DNA from: Corynebacterium sp.
GTDB lineage: Bacteria; Actinomycetota; Actinomycetes; Mycobacteriales; Mycobacteriaceae
Direction: 5' to 3'
Length of the DNA: 64,000 nt
Assembly: GCA_030527885.1 (NCBI GenBank)
Contig: JAUMZY010000008.1
Location: 620-64,619 of the forward strand
The notes beneath the pieces are model-generated. The model saw nothing but the letters and a program-made list of their open reading frames with translations, was not told the DNA's origin and ran no database searches. A program made the position numbers and the translations under genes. Each line of letters opens with the position of its first letter. Positions within the stretch are counted from its first letter, which is position 1. Positions 26,171 through 36,038 of this stretch are shown here, piece by piece.

Positions 26171-26290
26171 ATGCGAGACCTGTCTTTCATTGAAATCGTC
26201 ACCATCAAACTCAACGAAGTGCTGGGCGTGCTGCTGCACCTGGGTTCTTCCACCTCCAGCACCCTGAGCCACGGTCTGGGTATGTTCTAA
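26171..26290 (+). CDS. Small 39-aa amphipathic protein, PorA/ProtX-like candidate (MRDLSFIEIVTIKLNEVLGVLLHLGSSTSSTLSHGLGMF)
   Basis: Strong AAGGAG RBS 6 nt before ATG; codons typical of highly expressed genes (ATC, CTG, TCC, ACC, GGT) in an otherwise AT-rich spacer. Below the ORF-track cutoff. Confidence 0.7.
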   Translation: MRDLSFIEIVTIKLNEVLGVLLHLGSSTSSTLSHGLGMF

Positions 26291-26708
26291 AACACCTGTT
26301 CTGCTAGGCAATATTCTTCTAGGTGGCATGGGTAACACGCTTCGAAGTAGCCACGCGGCAACGCTTTTAACCATGCTGATGCGTATTTAGTGTGACTTCC
26401 CGAAAACCTTTTCGTAGTGACTAGCTTGCTAGTTATTCTGGTCCAGATGTTGGGTCGGATCAGAATAGCTGATAGCTAGGACCTGCTGGGGGATTCATGT
26501 TGCTTTGCTGGTCGTTGCAGGAGTGGTGCTGCAGTAGTATCGCGTTGATATTACGTTGGTGCTATTCACGGCTGTGCCTTAGCGTTTCACCCCAATGCTG
26601 CACAAATGCGGTTACCTCAAGGGGTATGCGCGTAGCTAATGCATCAAGTACCTAAAATATCCATGTACAAAATGCGACATTTCAGCGCTTTTTCCGTATT
26701 CTGGGTAT

Positions 26709-28124
26709 GTGACTGAACATTTTGACGTAGTAGTACTTGGCGCAGGTCCCGGTGGTTATGTTTCCGCCATCCGTGCAGCTCAACTTGGTAAGAAAGTTGC
26801 TGTTGTAGAGAAGCAATATTGGGGCGGTGTGTGCCTGAATGTGGGTTGTATCCCCTCAAAGGCACTATTGAAGAATGCCGAAGTGGCCCATATTTTCAAT
26901 CATGAGGCTAAAACATTCGGCATTTCCGGTGACGTTTCCTTTGACTTTGGGGCTGCTCATCAGCGTTCCCGTAAAGTTTCTGAAGGTATTGTGCGCGGCG
27001 TGCATTACCTGATGAAGAAAAACAAAATTACCGAGATCAATGGTTTGGGTTCGTTCAAGGACGTTAAAACTATTGAGGTAACTGAAGGTAAAGACGCCGG
27101 AAAGACCATCACTTTCGATAACTGCATCATCGCCACTGGTTCGGTAGTGCGTTCACTGCCAGGAGTGGAGATTGGTGGCAATGTCGTTTCTTTCGAAGAG
27201 CAGATTCTTAATTCCGAAGCACCGAAATCCATGGTGATTGTTGGTGCTGGTGCCATTGGCATGGAATTCGCCTATGTCTTGGCCAACTATGGTGTGTCCA
27301 TCACCATTGTGGAATTTATGGATCGGGTATTGCCCAATGAGGATGCCGATGTTTCGAAAGAAATTGCGAAGCAGTACAAGAAGCTTGGCGTGAAATTGCT
27401 CACCGGCTACAAGACCACTGCCGTTCGTGATTTGGGCGGGGCAGCCGGGGTGGAAGTAGACGTGGAATCTAAAGATGGTTCCAAGTCTGACACCATCAAG
27501 GCTGATCGTGTCATGGTGTCCATTGGGTTTGCACCTCGGGTGGAGGGCTATGGCCTGGAAAACATGGGCGTGAAGCTGACTGATCGCGGCGCTATTGATG
27601 TGGATGATCGCATGCGCACAAATGTTGAGGGCATTTATGCGATTGGTGATGTCACCGCGAAGCTCCAGTTGGCTCACGTCGCTGAGGCTCAAGGCGTGGT
27701 TGCTGCTGAAACCATTGCCAATGCTGAAACTGAAGAGCTTGGTGATTACATGATGATGCCCCGAGCTACGTTCTGTAACCCACAGGTTGCTTCTTTCGGG
27801 TACACCGAGGAACAGGCAAAGCAAAAGTTTGAAGGCCGCAAGATCAAGACCGCCACGTTCCCCTTCTCTGCTAATGGCAAAGCTCAGGGTTTGGCGGAGT
27901 CGGCTGGGTTCGTCAAGATTGTTGCGGATGCGGAATTTGGTGAGCTATTGGGCGCGCACATGGTGGGCGCGGGCGTATCTGAATTGTTGCCAGAGCTGAC
28001 TTTGGCGCAGCGTTTTGATCTCAGCTGTGAGGAAATTGGCCGCAATGTGCACACTCACCCAACGTTGTCAGAGGCAATGAAGGAAGCCGCCGAAGGCATC
28101 ATGGGGCATATGATCAACCTATAA
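26709..28124 (+). CDS. lpdA: Dihydrolipoamide dehydrogenase
   Basis: [20 protein letters not shown] and [11 protein letters not shown] start 6 nt after TATTCT, so probably leaderless. Confidence 0.97.
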   Translation: MTEHFDVVVLGAGPGGYVSAIRAAQLGKKVAVVEKQYWGGVCLNVGCIPSKALLKNAEVAHIFNHEAKTFGISGDVSFDFGAAHQRSRKVSEGIVRGVHYLMKKNKITEINGLGSFKDVKTIEVTEGKDAGKTITFDNCIIATGSVVRSLPGVEIGGNVVSFEEQILNSEAPKSMVIVGAGAIGMEFAYVLANYGVSITIVEFMDRVLPNEDADVSKEIAKQYKKLGVKLLTGYKTTAVRDLGGAAGVEVDVESKDGSKSDTIKADRVMVSIGFAPRVEGYGLENMGVKLTDRGAIDVDDRMRTNVEGIYAIGDVTAKLQLAHVAEAQGVVAAETIANAETEELGDYMMMPRATFCNPQVASFGYTEEQAKQKFEGRKIKTATFPFSANGKAQGLAESAGFVKIVADAEFGELLGAHMVGAGVSELLPELTLAQRFDLSCEEIGRNVHTHPTLSEAMKEAAEGIMGHMINL

Positions 28125-28198
28125 AAACTGCAAAGGGCTAACCCATGACATCAGTTTTCGACTAGTTGCGGGTGGCTTTCTCTAGTGTGATGGGCGTG

Positions 28199-28237
28199 AT
28201 GCTCCCAGTTGCCTAGACGGCAACCTGGGGGCATTTT
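28199..28237 (+). terminator. Probable lpdA terminator hairpin
   Basis: ATGCTCCCAGTTGCC-TAGAC-GGCAACCTGGGGGCATTTT, an imperfect stem followed by a T tract. Confidence 0.55.
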
Positions 28238-28241
28238 GCGT

Positions 28242-28301
28242 CGATAAGCTAGGCGATAAGTCAGTGCCCAAGCTAAGCGAGAAGTGAAGCGATAAACTAA
28301 T
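28242..28301. repeat. Degenerate 12-bp tandem repeat, 5 units
   Basis: CGATAAGCTAGG / CGATAAGTCAGT / GCCCAAGCTAAG / CGAGAAGTGAAG / CGATAAACTAAT. Confidence 0.5.
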
Positions 28302-28569
28302 AGCGAGACTGATGCGGTATTGGTGGGGGAGGGGCGTGAGCTACGCATCAAAATTGAGTTATATCAATGACGGATCTGGAAGCTTGTCCGCAGTTCAGGG
28401 CTTAGTTTGATAGCTATCTTAGCGTCAATATTTTGATTGATACCAAACGGGTGGGATTTATTTAACACAAATTTTTTCGTTTTTAAGAGATGCTAACCTT
28501 CATTGTCACCTTACGCTTTCCTAAAACTGCTGTTGGTGGGGGTGTAGCAACTGGAAAAACTCAAATCCT

Positions 28570-28588
28570 TCAGGTCAGGCTACCCTAA
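28570..28588. promoter_or_regulatory. DtxR box upstream of sdhC
   Basis: TCAGGTCAGGCTACCCTAA matches the consensus TTAGGTTAGGCTAACCTAA at 16 of 19 positions. Confidence 0.7.
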
Positions 28589-28615
28589 ATTGCTGGTAGT
28601 TGACCATTTTTTAGT

Positions 28616-28631
28616 TGTGACTTGACCCACA
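28616..28631. promoter_or_regulatory. GlxR (CRP-type) site upstream of sdhC
   Basis: TGTGA-CTTGAC-CCACA, 9 of 10 matches to TGTGA-N6-TCACA. sdhCAB is a known GlxR target in C. glutamicum. Confidence 0.7.
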
Positions 28632-28697
28632 TAGCGGTTAAGTGAGTGGTTAGGAAACTCAAAAGCAGAATAAAGTAAGGACGACACTGGAGGTGCC

Positions 28698-29459
28698 ATG
28701 ACTGTAAATAATATCGACCGTGACGCAATCGCTCACGGCAAAATTACCGAAAAACCGTTACGCGAGCTACCGAAACACCCAACCTGGGTATTGAAGCTAA
28801 CAATGGCTGTAACCGGCCTCATTTTTGCTGGTTTCGTGGTATTCCACATGGTGGGTAACCTAAAAGTCTTCCTACCCGCCTATGAGGATACCGGCGAACA
28901 CCCCATTGATGTTTACGGCAAGTGGCTACGGGAAATGTTCTACCCACTATTCCCGCATGAAGCCATGCTGTGGATGTTTCGTATTGTCCTATTAACCGCC
29001 ATCATTTTGCACATCTATGGTGCATTTGTTTTGACCGGCCGGTCGCATAAATCGCGCGGCAAATTCCGCCGCAGTAACCTCATTGGTGGCATGAACTCCT
29101 TCACCACCAAGACAATGCTGGTCACGGGTATTGTGCTGCTGGCCTTCATTATCTTCCACATCCTTGACCTCACCATGGGTGTTGCCCCAGCTGCATCTGA
29201 TGCTTTCCACCACGGTGAGATCTACAACAATATGATTGCCAGCTTCTCCCGCTGGCCGGTCACCATCTTTTATGTCCTGGCTATGGTTGTGCTGTTCTTG
29301 CACCTTTCCCACGGCATCTATCTGGCGGTTTCCGACCTGGGCATCACCGGCAAACGGACCCGTGCGGTCATGCTGGCATTGTCATATTTGGTTCCGGCCG
29401 TTGTGATGATCGGCAATATCTCAATCCCATTGTCCATCGCTATGGGTTTGCTCCATTAG
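28698..29459 (+). CDS. sdhC: Succinate dehydrogenase cytochrome b subunit
   Basis: MAVTG, HMVGNLK and heme-ligand His residues; GGAGG RBS. Confidence 0.95.
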   Translation: MTVNNIDRDAIAHGKITEKPLRELPKHPTWVLKLTMAVTGLIFAGFVVFHMVGNLKVFLPAYEDTGEHPIDVYGKWLREMFYPLFPHEAMLWMFRIVLLTAIILHIYGAFVLTGRSHKSRGKFRRSNLIGGMNSFTTKTMLVTGIVLLAFIIFHILDLTMGVAPAASDAFHHGEIYNNMIASFSRWPVTIFYVLAMVVLFLHLSHGIYLAVSDLGITGKRTRAVMLALSYLVPAVVMIGNISIPLSIAMGLLH

Positions 29460-29488
29460 GTCATTAACGGACGAAAAGGTAGTAATCA

Positions 29489-31504
29489 ATGAGCACTCAC
29501 TCTGAAACAGTAACTCGCCCCGAGTTCAAACACCCCGTTTCCATTGTTCCTGGTGTTATCCCCGGAAGCATTTTGGAATCCCATGAACCCAAGGGCGTCC
29601 CAACCAGGGACATGTGGGAATACCATAAAGACCACATGGAATTGGTTTCCCCCCTCAACCGCCGCAAGTTCAAAGTGCTGGTGGTTGGCACTGGCTTGTC
29701 TGCCGGCGCAGCTGCCGCAGCTCTTGGCGAATTAGGCTACACCGTTAAAGTCTTCACCTACCACGATGCTCCACGTCGTGCCCACTCCATTGCAGCCCAG
29801 GGTGGTGTCAACTCGGCCCGTGGTAAAAAAGTTGATAACGATGGTGCTTACCGTCACGTAAAAGATACTGTTAAAGGCGGTGACTATCGCTGCCGGGAAT
29901 CCGACTGTTGGCGTCTCGCATACGAATCCGTTCGTGTTATTGACCACATGAACGCCATAGGCGCCCCCTTTGCACGTGAATACGGCGGTGCACTAGCAAC
30001 CCGCTCCTTCGGTGGTGTGCAAGTGTCACGCACCTACTACACACGTGGCCAAACTGGCCAACAGCTGCAACTTTCCACTGCTTCCGCACTACAACGCCAA
30101 ATTCACCTCGGCACCGTGGAAATCTTCACCCACAACGAAATGGTGGATCTAGTCATCACCGAGAATGAGGGTAATAAGCGGTGTGAAGGCGTCATCATGC
30201 GCAACCTCATCACTGGTGAGCTCACCGCTCACACTGGTCACGCCGTAATTCTAGGCACTGGTGGTTACGGCAACGTGTACCACATGTCTACGCTGGCTAA
30301 GAACTCCAACGCGGGTGCCATCATGCGGGCATACGAAGCTGGGGCATATCTAGCATCTCCATCATTTATTCAGTTCCACCCCACCGGCCTGCCGGTAAAC
30401 TCAGAATGGCAATCCAAGACCATTCTGATGTCGGAATCGCTGCGCAACGACGGTCGTGTGTGGTCCCCGATCACCGCTAAGGACGACCGCGACCCCAACA
30501 CCATTCCCGAAGAAGAACGCGATTACTTCCTGGAACGCCGCTACCCAGCCTTCGGCAACCTGGTGCCCCGCGATGTGGCTTCCCGTGCCATTTCCCAGCA
30601 GATCAACAAAGGCTTGGGCGTGGGGCCGCTGCACAATGCCGCATACCTGGACTTCCGGGATGCCATTGAACGTCTTGGCCAAGACACCATCCGGGAACGC
30701 TACTCCAACCTCTTCCAAATGTACGAAGAGGCCATTGGTGAAGACCCCTACACCGCCCCAATGCGTATCGCCCCCACCTGCCACTTCACCATGGGCGGAT
30801 TGTGGACGGACTTCAATGAAATGACCTCCATTTCTGGGTTATTTGCTGCTGGCGAGTGCTCCTGGACCTACCACGGTGCTAACCGCCTGGGCGCTAACTC
30901 CCTGCTTTCGGCATCTGTCGACGGCTGGTTCACCCTGCCGTTCACCATTCCGAACTTCTTGGCTGGCCACCTCAACGAGCCTGCGCTTGCCGAGGACGCC
31001 CCTGAAGTACAGGTAGCTTTGGATCGAGCACAAGCCCGCATCGACCGGCTCATGAACATCAAGGGCGACAACCCACACGGCCCGGAGTACTACCACCGCA
31101 AGCTAGGTGACATCCTGTACTTCTCCTGTGGTGTGGCCCGCAACATCGAAGACCTGAAATCCGGCATTGAAAAGATCCGGGAACTGCGTAAAGACTTCTG
31201 GTCCAACATGCGGATCCCCGGTTCTAAAGATGAACTGAACCAGGTCCTCGAATATGCAGCACGCGTTGCCGACTACATCGACTTGGGTGAGCTCATGTGC
31301 GTTGACGCCCTAGACCGCGATGAGTCCTGTGGCGCACACTTCCGTGACGATCACCTTTCCCCCGAAGGTGAAGCAGAGCGTGACGACGAAAACTGGTGCT
31401 TCGTTTCCGCCTGGGAGCCAGGCCCGAACGAAGGAGAGTTCATTCGCCATGCTGAGCCGCTCACATTCGAAGCCATCCCTCTGATGACAAGGAATTACAA
31501 GTAA
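29489..31504 (+). CDS. sdhA: Succinate dehydrogenase flavoprotein
   Basis: RRAHSIAAQGG, QFHPT, HGANRLGANSL and ESCGAHFR. Confidence 0.97.
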   Translation: MSTHSETVTRPEFKHPVSIVPGVIPGSILESHEPKGVPTRDMWEYHKDHMELVSPLNRRKFKVLVVGTGLSAGAAAAALGELGYTVKVFTYHDAPRRAHSIAAQGGVNSARGKKVDNDGAYRHVKDTVKGGDYRCRESDCWRLAYESVRVIDHMNAIGAPFAREYGGALATRSFGGVQVSRTYYTRGQTGQQLQLSTASALQRQIHLGTVEIFTHNEMVDLVITENEGNKRCEGVIMRNLITGELTAHTGHAVILGTGGYGNVYHMSTLAKNSNAGAIMRAYEAGAYLASPSFIQFHPTGLPVNSEWQSKTILMSESLRNDGRVWSPITAKDDRDPNTIPEEERDYFLERRYPAFGNLVPRDVASRAISQQINKGLGVGPLHNAAYLDFRDAIERLGQDTIRERYSNLFQMYEEAIGEDPYTAPMRIAPTCHFTMGGLWTDFNEMTSISGLFAAGECSWTYHGANRLGANSLLSASVDGWFTLPFTIPNFLAGHLNEPALAEDAPEVQVALDRAQARIDRLMNIKGDNPHGPEYYHRKLGDILYFSCGVARNIEDLKSGIEKIRELRKDFWSNMRIPGSKDELNQVLEYAARVADYIDLGELMCVDALDRDESCGAHFRDDHLSPEGEAERDDENWCFVSAWEPGPNEGEFIRHAEPLTFEAIPLMTRNYK

Positions 31505-32253
31505 TGAAACTCCATCTTGAAATCTGGCGTCAGGCCGGGCCGTATCACGAGGGTCACTTCGAATACGTCACTGTCGAAGACGCAGTAGCCCAAATGTCCA
31601 TCCTCGAACTTCTCGACCACGTCAACTCTGGCCTGATCGAAGAAGGCAAAGAACCATTCGCATTCGCCTCCGACTGCCGCGAAGGCATCTGTGGTACCTG
31701 CGGCCTCATGGTTAATGGTCGGCCCCACGGTTTGGAACAAAACCAGCCGGCTTGCCAGCAGCGTCTGCTCAACGTCAAAGATGGCTCAACCCTCAAGATT
31801 GAGCCATTCCGGTCCGCGGCATTCCCGGTCATCAAAGACATGATCGTGGACCGATCCGCATTGGACCGCGTGATGCAGCAGGGTGGTTACGTCTCTGTCA
31901 ATGCTGGTACCGCACCTGATGCGGATACCCTGCACATGAACCACCAGACCGCAGAATTTGCCCTGGACCATGCTGCGTGCATTGGTTGCGGCGCTTGCGT
32001 GGCTGCCTGCCCGAACGGTGCCGCACACCTGTTCACCGGCGCCAAGTTGGTGCACTTGTCACTCATGCCCATGGGTAAAGAAGAACGCGGTCGTCGTGCC
32101 CGCAAGATGATTGATGAGCTGGAAACCAACTTTGGTCACTGCTCACTGTACGGTGAATGCGCCGATGTTTGCCCAGCTGGCATCCCATTGACCGCAGTGG
32201 CTGCGATCAATAAAGAGCGTGCCCGCGCGTTCTTTACCGCCAAGGAAGCATAA
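31504..32253 (+). CDS. sdhB: Succinate dehydrogenase iron-sulfur subunit
   Basis: CREGICGTC, CIGCGACVAACP and CSLYGECADVCP; TAATG overlap with sdhA. Confidence 0.97.
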   Translation: MKLHLEIWRQAGPYHEGHFEYVTVEDAVAQMSILELLDHVNSGLIEEGKEPFAFASDCREGICGTCGLMVNGRPHGLEQNQPACQQRLLNVKDGSTLKIEPFRSAAFPVIKDMIVDRSALDRVMQQGGYVSVNAGTAPDADTLHMNHQTAEFALDHAACIGCGACVAACPNGAAHLFTGAKLVHLSLMPMGKEERGRRARKMIDELETNFGHCSLYGECADVCPAGIPLTAVAAINKERARAFFTAKEA

Positions 32254-32293
32254 CGTTTATCGGTCTTCCTTACGTGGGATATCCAGTCAGAAA

Positions 32294-32324
32294 AGCAATG
32301 CCTGAACTTCGGTCAGGTATTGCT
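32294..32324 (+). terminator. Hairpin downstream of sdhB
   Basis: AGCAATGCCTGA-ACTTCGG-TCAGGTATTGCT; no T tract follows. Confidence 0.55.
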
Positions 32325-32397
32325 ACACTGACAGTAGAATTCTTGATCAGCGCTGTTTGAACCCCGCTTAAAAAATTTAAGCGAAAAGAAGAAAGGC

Positions 32398-32754
32398 ATG
32401 TCCATGTCAGCCAAGAACCAGGTGTCTGAGTACCCCGTCTTTGACGGCGAGGTTTCCAGCCGCATGCATTACATTGATGGTTATGATCCAGTGAGCCTCG
32501 TTGCTCCGCATTCCTCCTTGCTACGCACAAGCACTTGGGTTGGCATGGGTCTGATTCTGTCATCGCTCTCTGCGCTGGGCCTTACAGTGTTCGGACTTGC
32601 TAACGCAGTATTCGGCATCCGAGATGATGCATCTATTTACCTGACCCTTGGTTTGGTCGGGGCGGCAATCATGTTGGTAGGCGGTTTCGTGCTCATTTGG
32701 TACGGACGGCGTTATTACCGCGAGTACCGCGCTGAAACTGGTCGCGTGAATTAG
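32398..32754 (+). CDS. Conserved 2-TM membrane protein (cg0448-like)
   Basis: PHSSL.R.STW.GMG and YR.YR..TGR motifs; GAAAGG RBS; usual position after sdhB. Confidence 0.8.
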   Translation: MSMSAKNQVSEYPVFDGEVSSRMHYIDGYDPVSLVAPHSSLLRTSTWVGMGLILSSLSALGLTVFGLANAVFGIRDDASIYLTLGLVGAAIMLVGGFVLIWYGRRYYREYRAETGRVN

Positions 32755-32769
32755 CTTTAGGCATTCCGG

Positions 32770-32795
32770 TAAAACCCCACTTCGGTGGGGTTTTA
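32770..32795 (+). terminator. Intrinsic terminator with cUUCGg loop
   Basis: TAAAACCCCAC-TTCG-GTGGGGTTTTA. Confidence 0.88.
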
Positions 32796-32854
32796 TTGTT
32801 AATGCGTATGGGCTGATCCGAGCGTCGATAAGCAAAAATGGGATAATAGCAAAT

Positions 32855-34162
32855 ATGGAAGAACCCGTACACACTGCACAACGGCTAGCGGTGCCTGGCC
32901 CATCACCAGAGGTGGAAGCACGCAGACGCAAAGAGCTAAAACACCATAAAGCATTTGCCACCGGATTGTTAATCATTGCAGCCGTGGTATTTTTTGTGTG
33001 CCGCTGGTACGAAACCCGAGGTGGCTCCGATGCCGCATGGGTGGGATTCGTTCGTGCCGCAGCCGAGGCCGGCATGATCGGTGGCCTAGCCGACTGGTTT
33101 GCCGTCACCGCATTATTCCGCTACCCACTGGGGTTGAAAATACCCCATACCGCCATCATTCGGCGGAAAAAGGACCAAGTGGGCGAAGCACTCAGCGGAT
33201 TCGTGGGGGACAATTTCCTCAACGCTGAACTCATCACGGAAAAAGTCTCCAAAGCCAAAGTACCCGAACGGATAGCAGAATGGCTGGTGCAACCGGATAA
33301 CGCGGAAAAGGTTTCCCGCGAAGCCGGAAAGTTCATCGCCAACGCAGTCAACGCCCTCGACCCCAAAGACGCCGAGGCCGTCATCCGGGCCTCCCTCATT
33401 GATAAACTGTCCCAACCCGAATGGGGCCCGCCCTTAGGTCGAGTGCTACAGAAGCTTGTCGACGGGGGCCAAATCGAACCACTCGTGGATCAGTTCGTTG
33501 CCTGGCTGCACAAAAAAGCCCTCAGCTCCGAAGACGTCATCATTCGCGTTCTCGACGAACGTGCCCCTACCTGGGCGCCACGATTCGTCAATGAACTCGT
33601 GGGCGACCGCGTGTACCGAGAGCTCATCACATGGACCGCAGCTGTCAACGCCGATAAAAACCATGAAGCCCGCCAAGCAATTCGCCGTTTCATCAACCAG
33701 TTCGTTGATGACCTACAAAACGACCCAGTCATGATTGCCCGAGTTGAAGAAATCAAGACGGACATCATGAATTCCTCTGCCGTCCACGACGCAGCCGGCA
33801 CCTTATGGAACACTGCGCGTGATAGCCTGGTGGCCGCCGCCCTAGATGAAGAATCCGTGTTGCGGCGCAAAATTGTGGAACTCGCCATCATCTGGGGCGC
33901 GAAATTACAATCTGATGATGAACTCCGCCAATCACTGGACAAGCGCATCACCGGCACAGCCGCATTCCTGGCCGACAATTACGCTGATGAAGTAACCAGC
34001 ATCATCTCGGAAACCATCGAACGGTGGGACGCAGATGAAGCAAGCGATAAAATCGAACTCATGGTGGGGAAAGATTTACAATATATCCGACTCAACGGCA
34101 CCGTTGTGGGCGCATTGGCTGGACTCGCCATCCACACCGTTTCGTATTTACTATTTAGCTAG
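32855..34162 (+). CDS. DUF445 membrane protein
   Basis: AEAGMIGGLADWFAVTALFR.P, PHTAII and DLQYIRLNGTVVG. Confidence 0.9.
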   Translation: MEEPVHTAQRLAVPGPSPEVEARRRKELKHHKAFATGLLIIAAVVFFVCRWYETRGGSDAAWVGFVRAAAEAGMIGGLADWFAVTALFRYPLGLKIPHTAIIRRKKDQVGEALSGFVGDNFLNAELITEKVSKAKVPERIAEWLVQPDNAEKVSREAGKFIANAVNALDPKDAEAVIRASLIDKLSQPEWGPPLGRVLQKLVDGGQIEPLVDQFVAWLHKKALSSEDVIIRVLDERAPTWAPRFVNELVGDRVYRELITWTAAVNADKNHEARQAIRRFINQFVDDLQNDPVMIARVEEIKTDIMNSSAVHDAAGTLWNTARDSLVAAALDEESVLRRKIVELAIIWGAKLQSDDELRQSLDKRITGTAAFLADNYADEVTSIISETIERWDADEASDKIELMVGKDLQYIRLNGTVVGALAGLAIHTVSYLLFS

Positions 34163-34173
34163 TAGGAATTATC

Positions 34174-34467
34174 ATGCAACAGACCATTGACCTCACCCTG
34201 TACTTCACAATCGTGGGAGTATACAGCTTAATAGCAATCAGCGCCCTGGTTGGCGCAGTACTCGTGGCCAGCACCCGGGAAGATGCCTTCACCGTCGCAG
34301 AACGCCACAATAAGTGGATATGGGCCGGCCTGCTCCTGTTATCCTCAGTGGCACTATTTGCGCATATGGAATTTCTATCGTGGATTGGTGTTGTGATTAC
34401 CGGACTCTACTGGTTCGATGTCCGCCCCCAAATCAACGACATCCTCAACGGCAACTATGGGTGGTAA
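34174..34467 (+). CDS. DUF2516 family membrane protein
   Basis: TREDAF..A.R..K..W and Y..DVRP motifs; AGGA RBS. Confidence 0.85.
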   Translation: MQQTIDLTLYFTIVGVYSLIAISALVGAVLVASTREDAFTVAERHNKWIWAGLLLLSSVALFAHMEFLSWIGVVITGLYWFDVRPQINDILNGNYGW

Positions 34468-34513
34468 CCCACCGCACCAACTAGGCATCTACCAGGCAGA
34501 TCATAGTCAATAA

Positions 34514-35023
34514 ATGAAAACCTACCGCACATTTCTAACCCCCGAAACCGAAAAGATTACTACCGCCTGCACTGCAGGCGACAGCGTATGCGTTATGCCT
34601 AACGTCTTAGATTTTGCCACCGGCGACATCGCCAGCTTCGCCGGCTACCCGACCGGGAACCACCACCAACTGGTCAAAGCCAGTGAAGCCCGGTTAGTAG
34701 CACAACAAGGAGCGCAACTCATCATCGCAGTGCCAGGAATCACCACAGAAGCCACACTGATGACAGAACTAGTACTACTCCGGGAAGCAGTGCCGCATCC
34801 CACCACCTTGGCAATTGTGGTCGACACCCAAAAACTCGACGATGAACAAGCCCTAGAATTAGCCACCATCGTGGCAAAAAGCGGTGCTGATGCCATCTGT
34901 ACCGGCATCACCCAATCCCGTCCCAGCGCTCACGCCGCATTAAAAAACGTGTTACCCATCGTGGCAATAGGTAACACTCGTGACTGCGCCCAAGACGCAA
35001 TGATTTGGCTTCACACCGATTAA
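34514..35023 (+). CDS. Shortened, degenerate DeoC-like protein
   Basis: AGYPTG.H...VKA.EAR...GA resembles deoxyribose-phosphate aldolase, but GADFVKTSTG is replaced by GADAICTG. Confidence 0.65.
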   Translation: MKTYRTFLTPETEKITTACTAGDSVCVMPNVLDFATGDIASFAGYPTGNHHQLVKASEARLVAQQGAQLIIAVPGITTEATLMTELVLLREAVPHPTTLAIVVDTQKLDDEQALELATIVAKSGADAICTGITQSRPSAHAALKNVLPIVAIGNTRDCAQDAMIWLHTD

Positions 35024-35113
35024 CCACCACAGTCGGGCGCTAGGAGGCGCTTAGAGGTGCCTAGCGCGGCCCCGCCCAGCATGCCCAAGGATGCCCCCTG
35101 GCGGTTAGCGCGG

Positions 35114-35959
35114 TTAGCCTTGGGACGCATTAATCGGCTGCGAAGCAGACTGCAACTTCACATTATTCCCACTCATCTTGAGACGCACCCCACCGTCAAT
35201 CACCATCACCTCATCAGTAGCCATACCACTACTATTCATGTCAGCAATATTCTGATTCAAGGAATTAGACACCGCCTGCGTAGCCTCTTCCGGCAAATCA
35301 AACCCAAACAACGCCGTATTAGTCGCATCAAACCCTAAATTGCCATCCACCACCTTGGGCCGCAACGTCAACGACGCAGCACCATTAGTGAACTCCACAT
35401 CCACCGTAGAATTCTGCGGATTACTCGTCACCTTGGTCACCTGCACTACCTGCTGCAATAACTGCTGCAACTGCCCATTCACCTGCGAAGCATCAATCTG
35501 TCCCATGGCCTGCTGCTGCGCAATAGAGTACTGCACCAGCGCCAACAGGTACTCATCTTCCAACGTCGTCTCCAGAGTCATCGTACGAGCAGTTGGATTC
35601 TCGGCATCCCGCAACGATAATCCATCAGCAATAAGGTGGGTCTTCGGCACCCCCGAAATCTCACTGACATTCGAATGGGAATCCTTCTTAATATTCAACG
35701 TTGAAGGTGTATCAACCTCCACGTGCGGAATCTCCCCTTGTACTAGCCCTAGCAACAGAGGTGACATACCGAAAGCCACCGTAGCCTTCTCCCTGGAAGC
35801 CTGCTGCCCATCTGCTGATTCCGTCGCAGATGCCTCAACAGACTGCACTACCTGATTACCAATAAACCAGCGCAACCCAAACTCTGTAGCAACCAACAAA
35901 ATTACAATAACAATAATGATTATGAGTAGTATTTTCCCAGCGGACGAACGTTGTTTCAT
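35114..35959 (-). CDS. LmeA-family (DUF2993) phospholipid-binding protein
   Basis: N-terminal TM followed by EFGLRW; V.FG.SPLLLGL..G.IP motif. Confidence 0.75.
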   Translation of the reverse strand: MKQRSSAGKILLIIIIVIVILLVATEFGLRWFIGNQVVQSVEASATESADGQQASREKATVAFGMSPLLLGLVQGEIPHVEVDTPSTLNIKKDSHSNVSEISGVPKTHLIADGLSLRDAENPTARTMTLETTLEDEYLLALVQYSIAQQQAMGQIDASQVNGQLQQLLQQVVQVTKVTSNPQNSTVDVEFTNGAASLTLRPKVVDGNLGFDATNTALFGFDLPEEATQAVSNSLNQNIADMNSSGMATDEVMVIDGGVRLKMSGNNVKLQSASQPINASQG

Positions 35960-36038
35960 AACAATCCAGTCTGACTGATAAAAACCAATCTCGCCACAAG
36001 CCCCACCCCGTCAGACGCAACAACCTATCTAGCTCACA

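Noticed and set aside
28242-28301. Repeat array as a possible CRISPR
   Set aside because: The units are 12 bp, degenerate and without spacers, and there are no cas genes.
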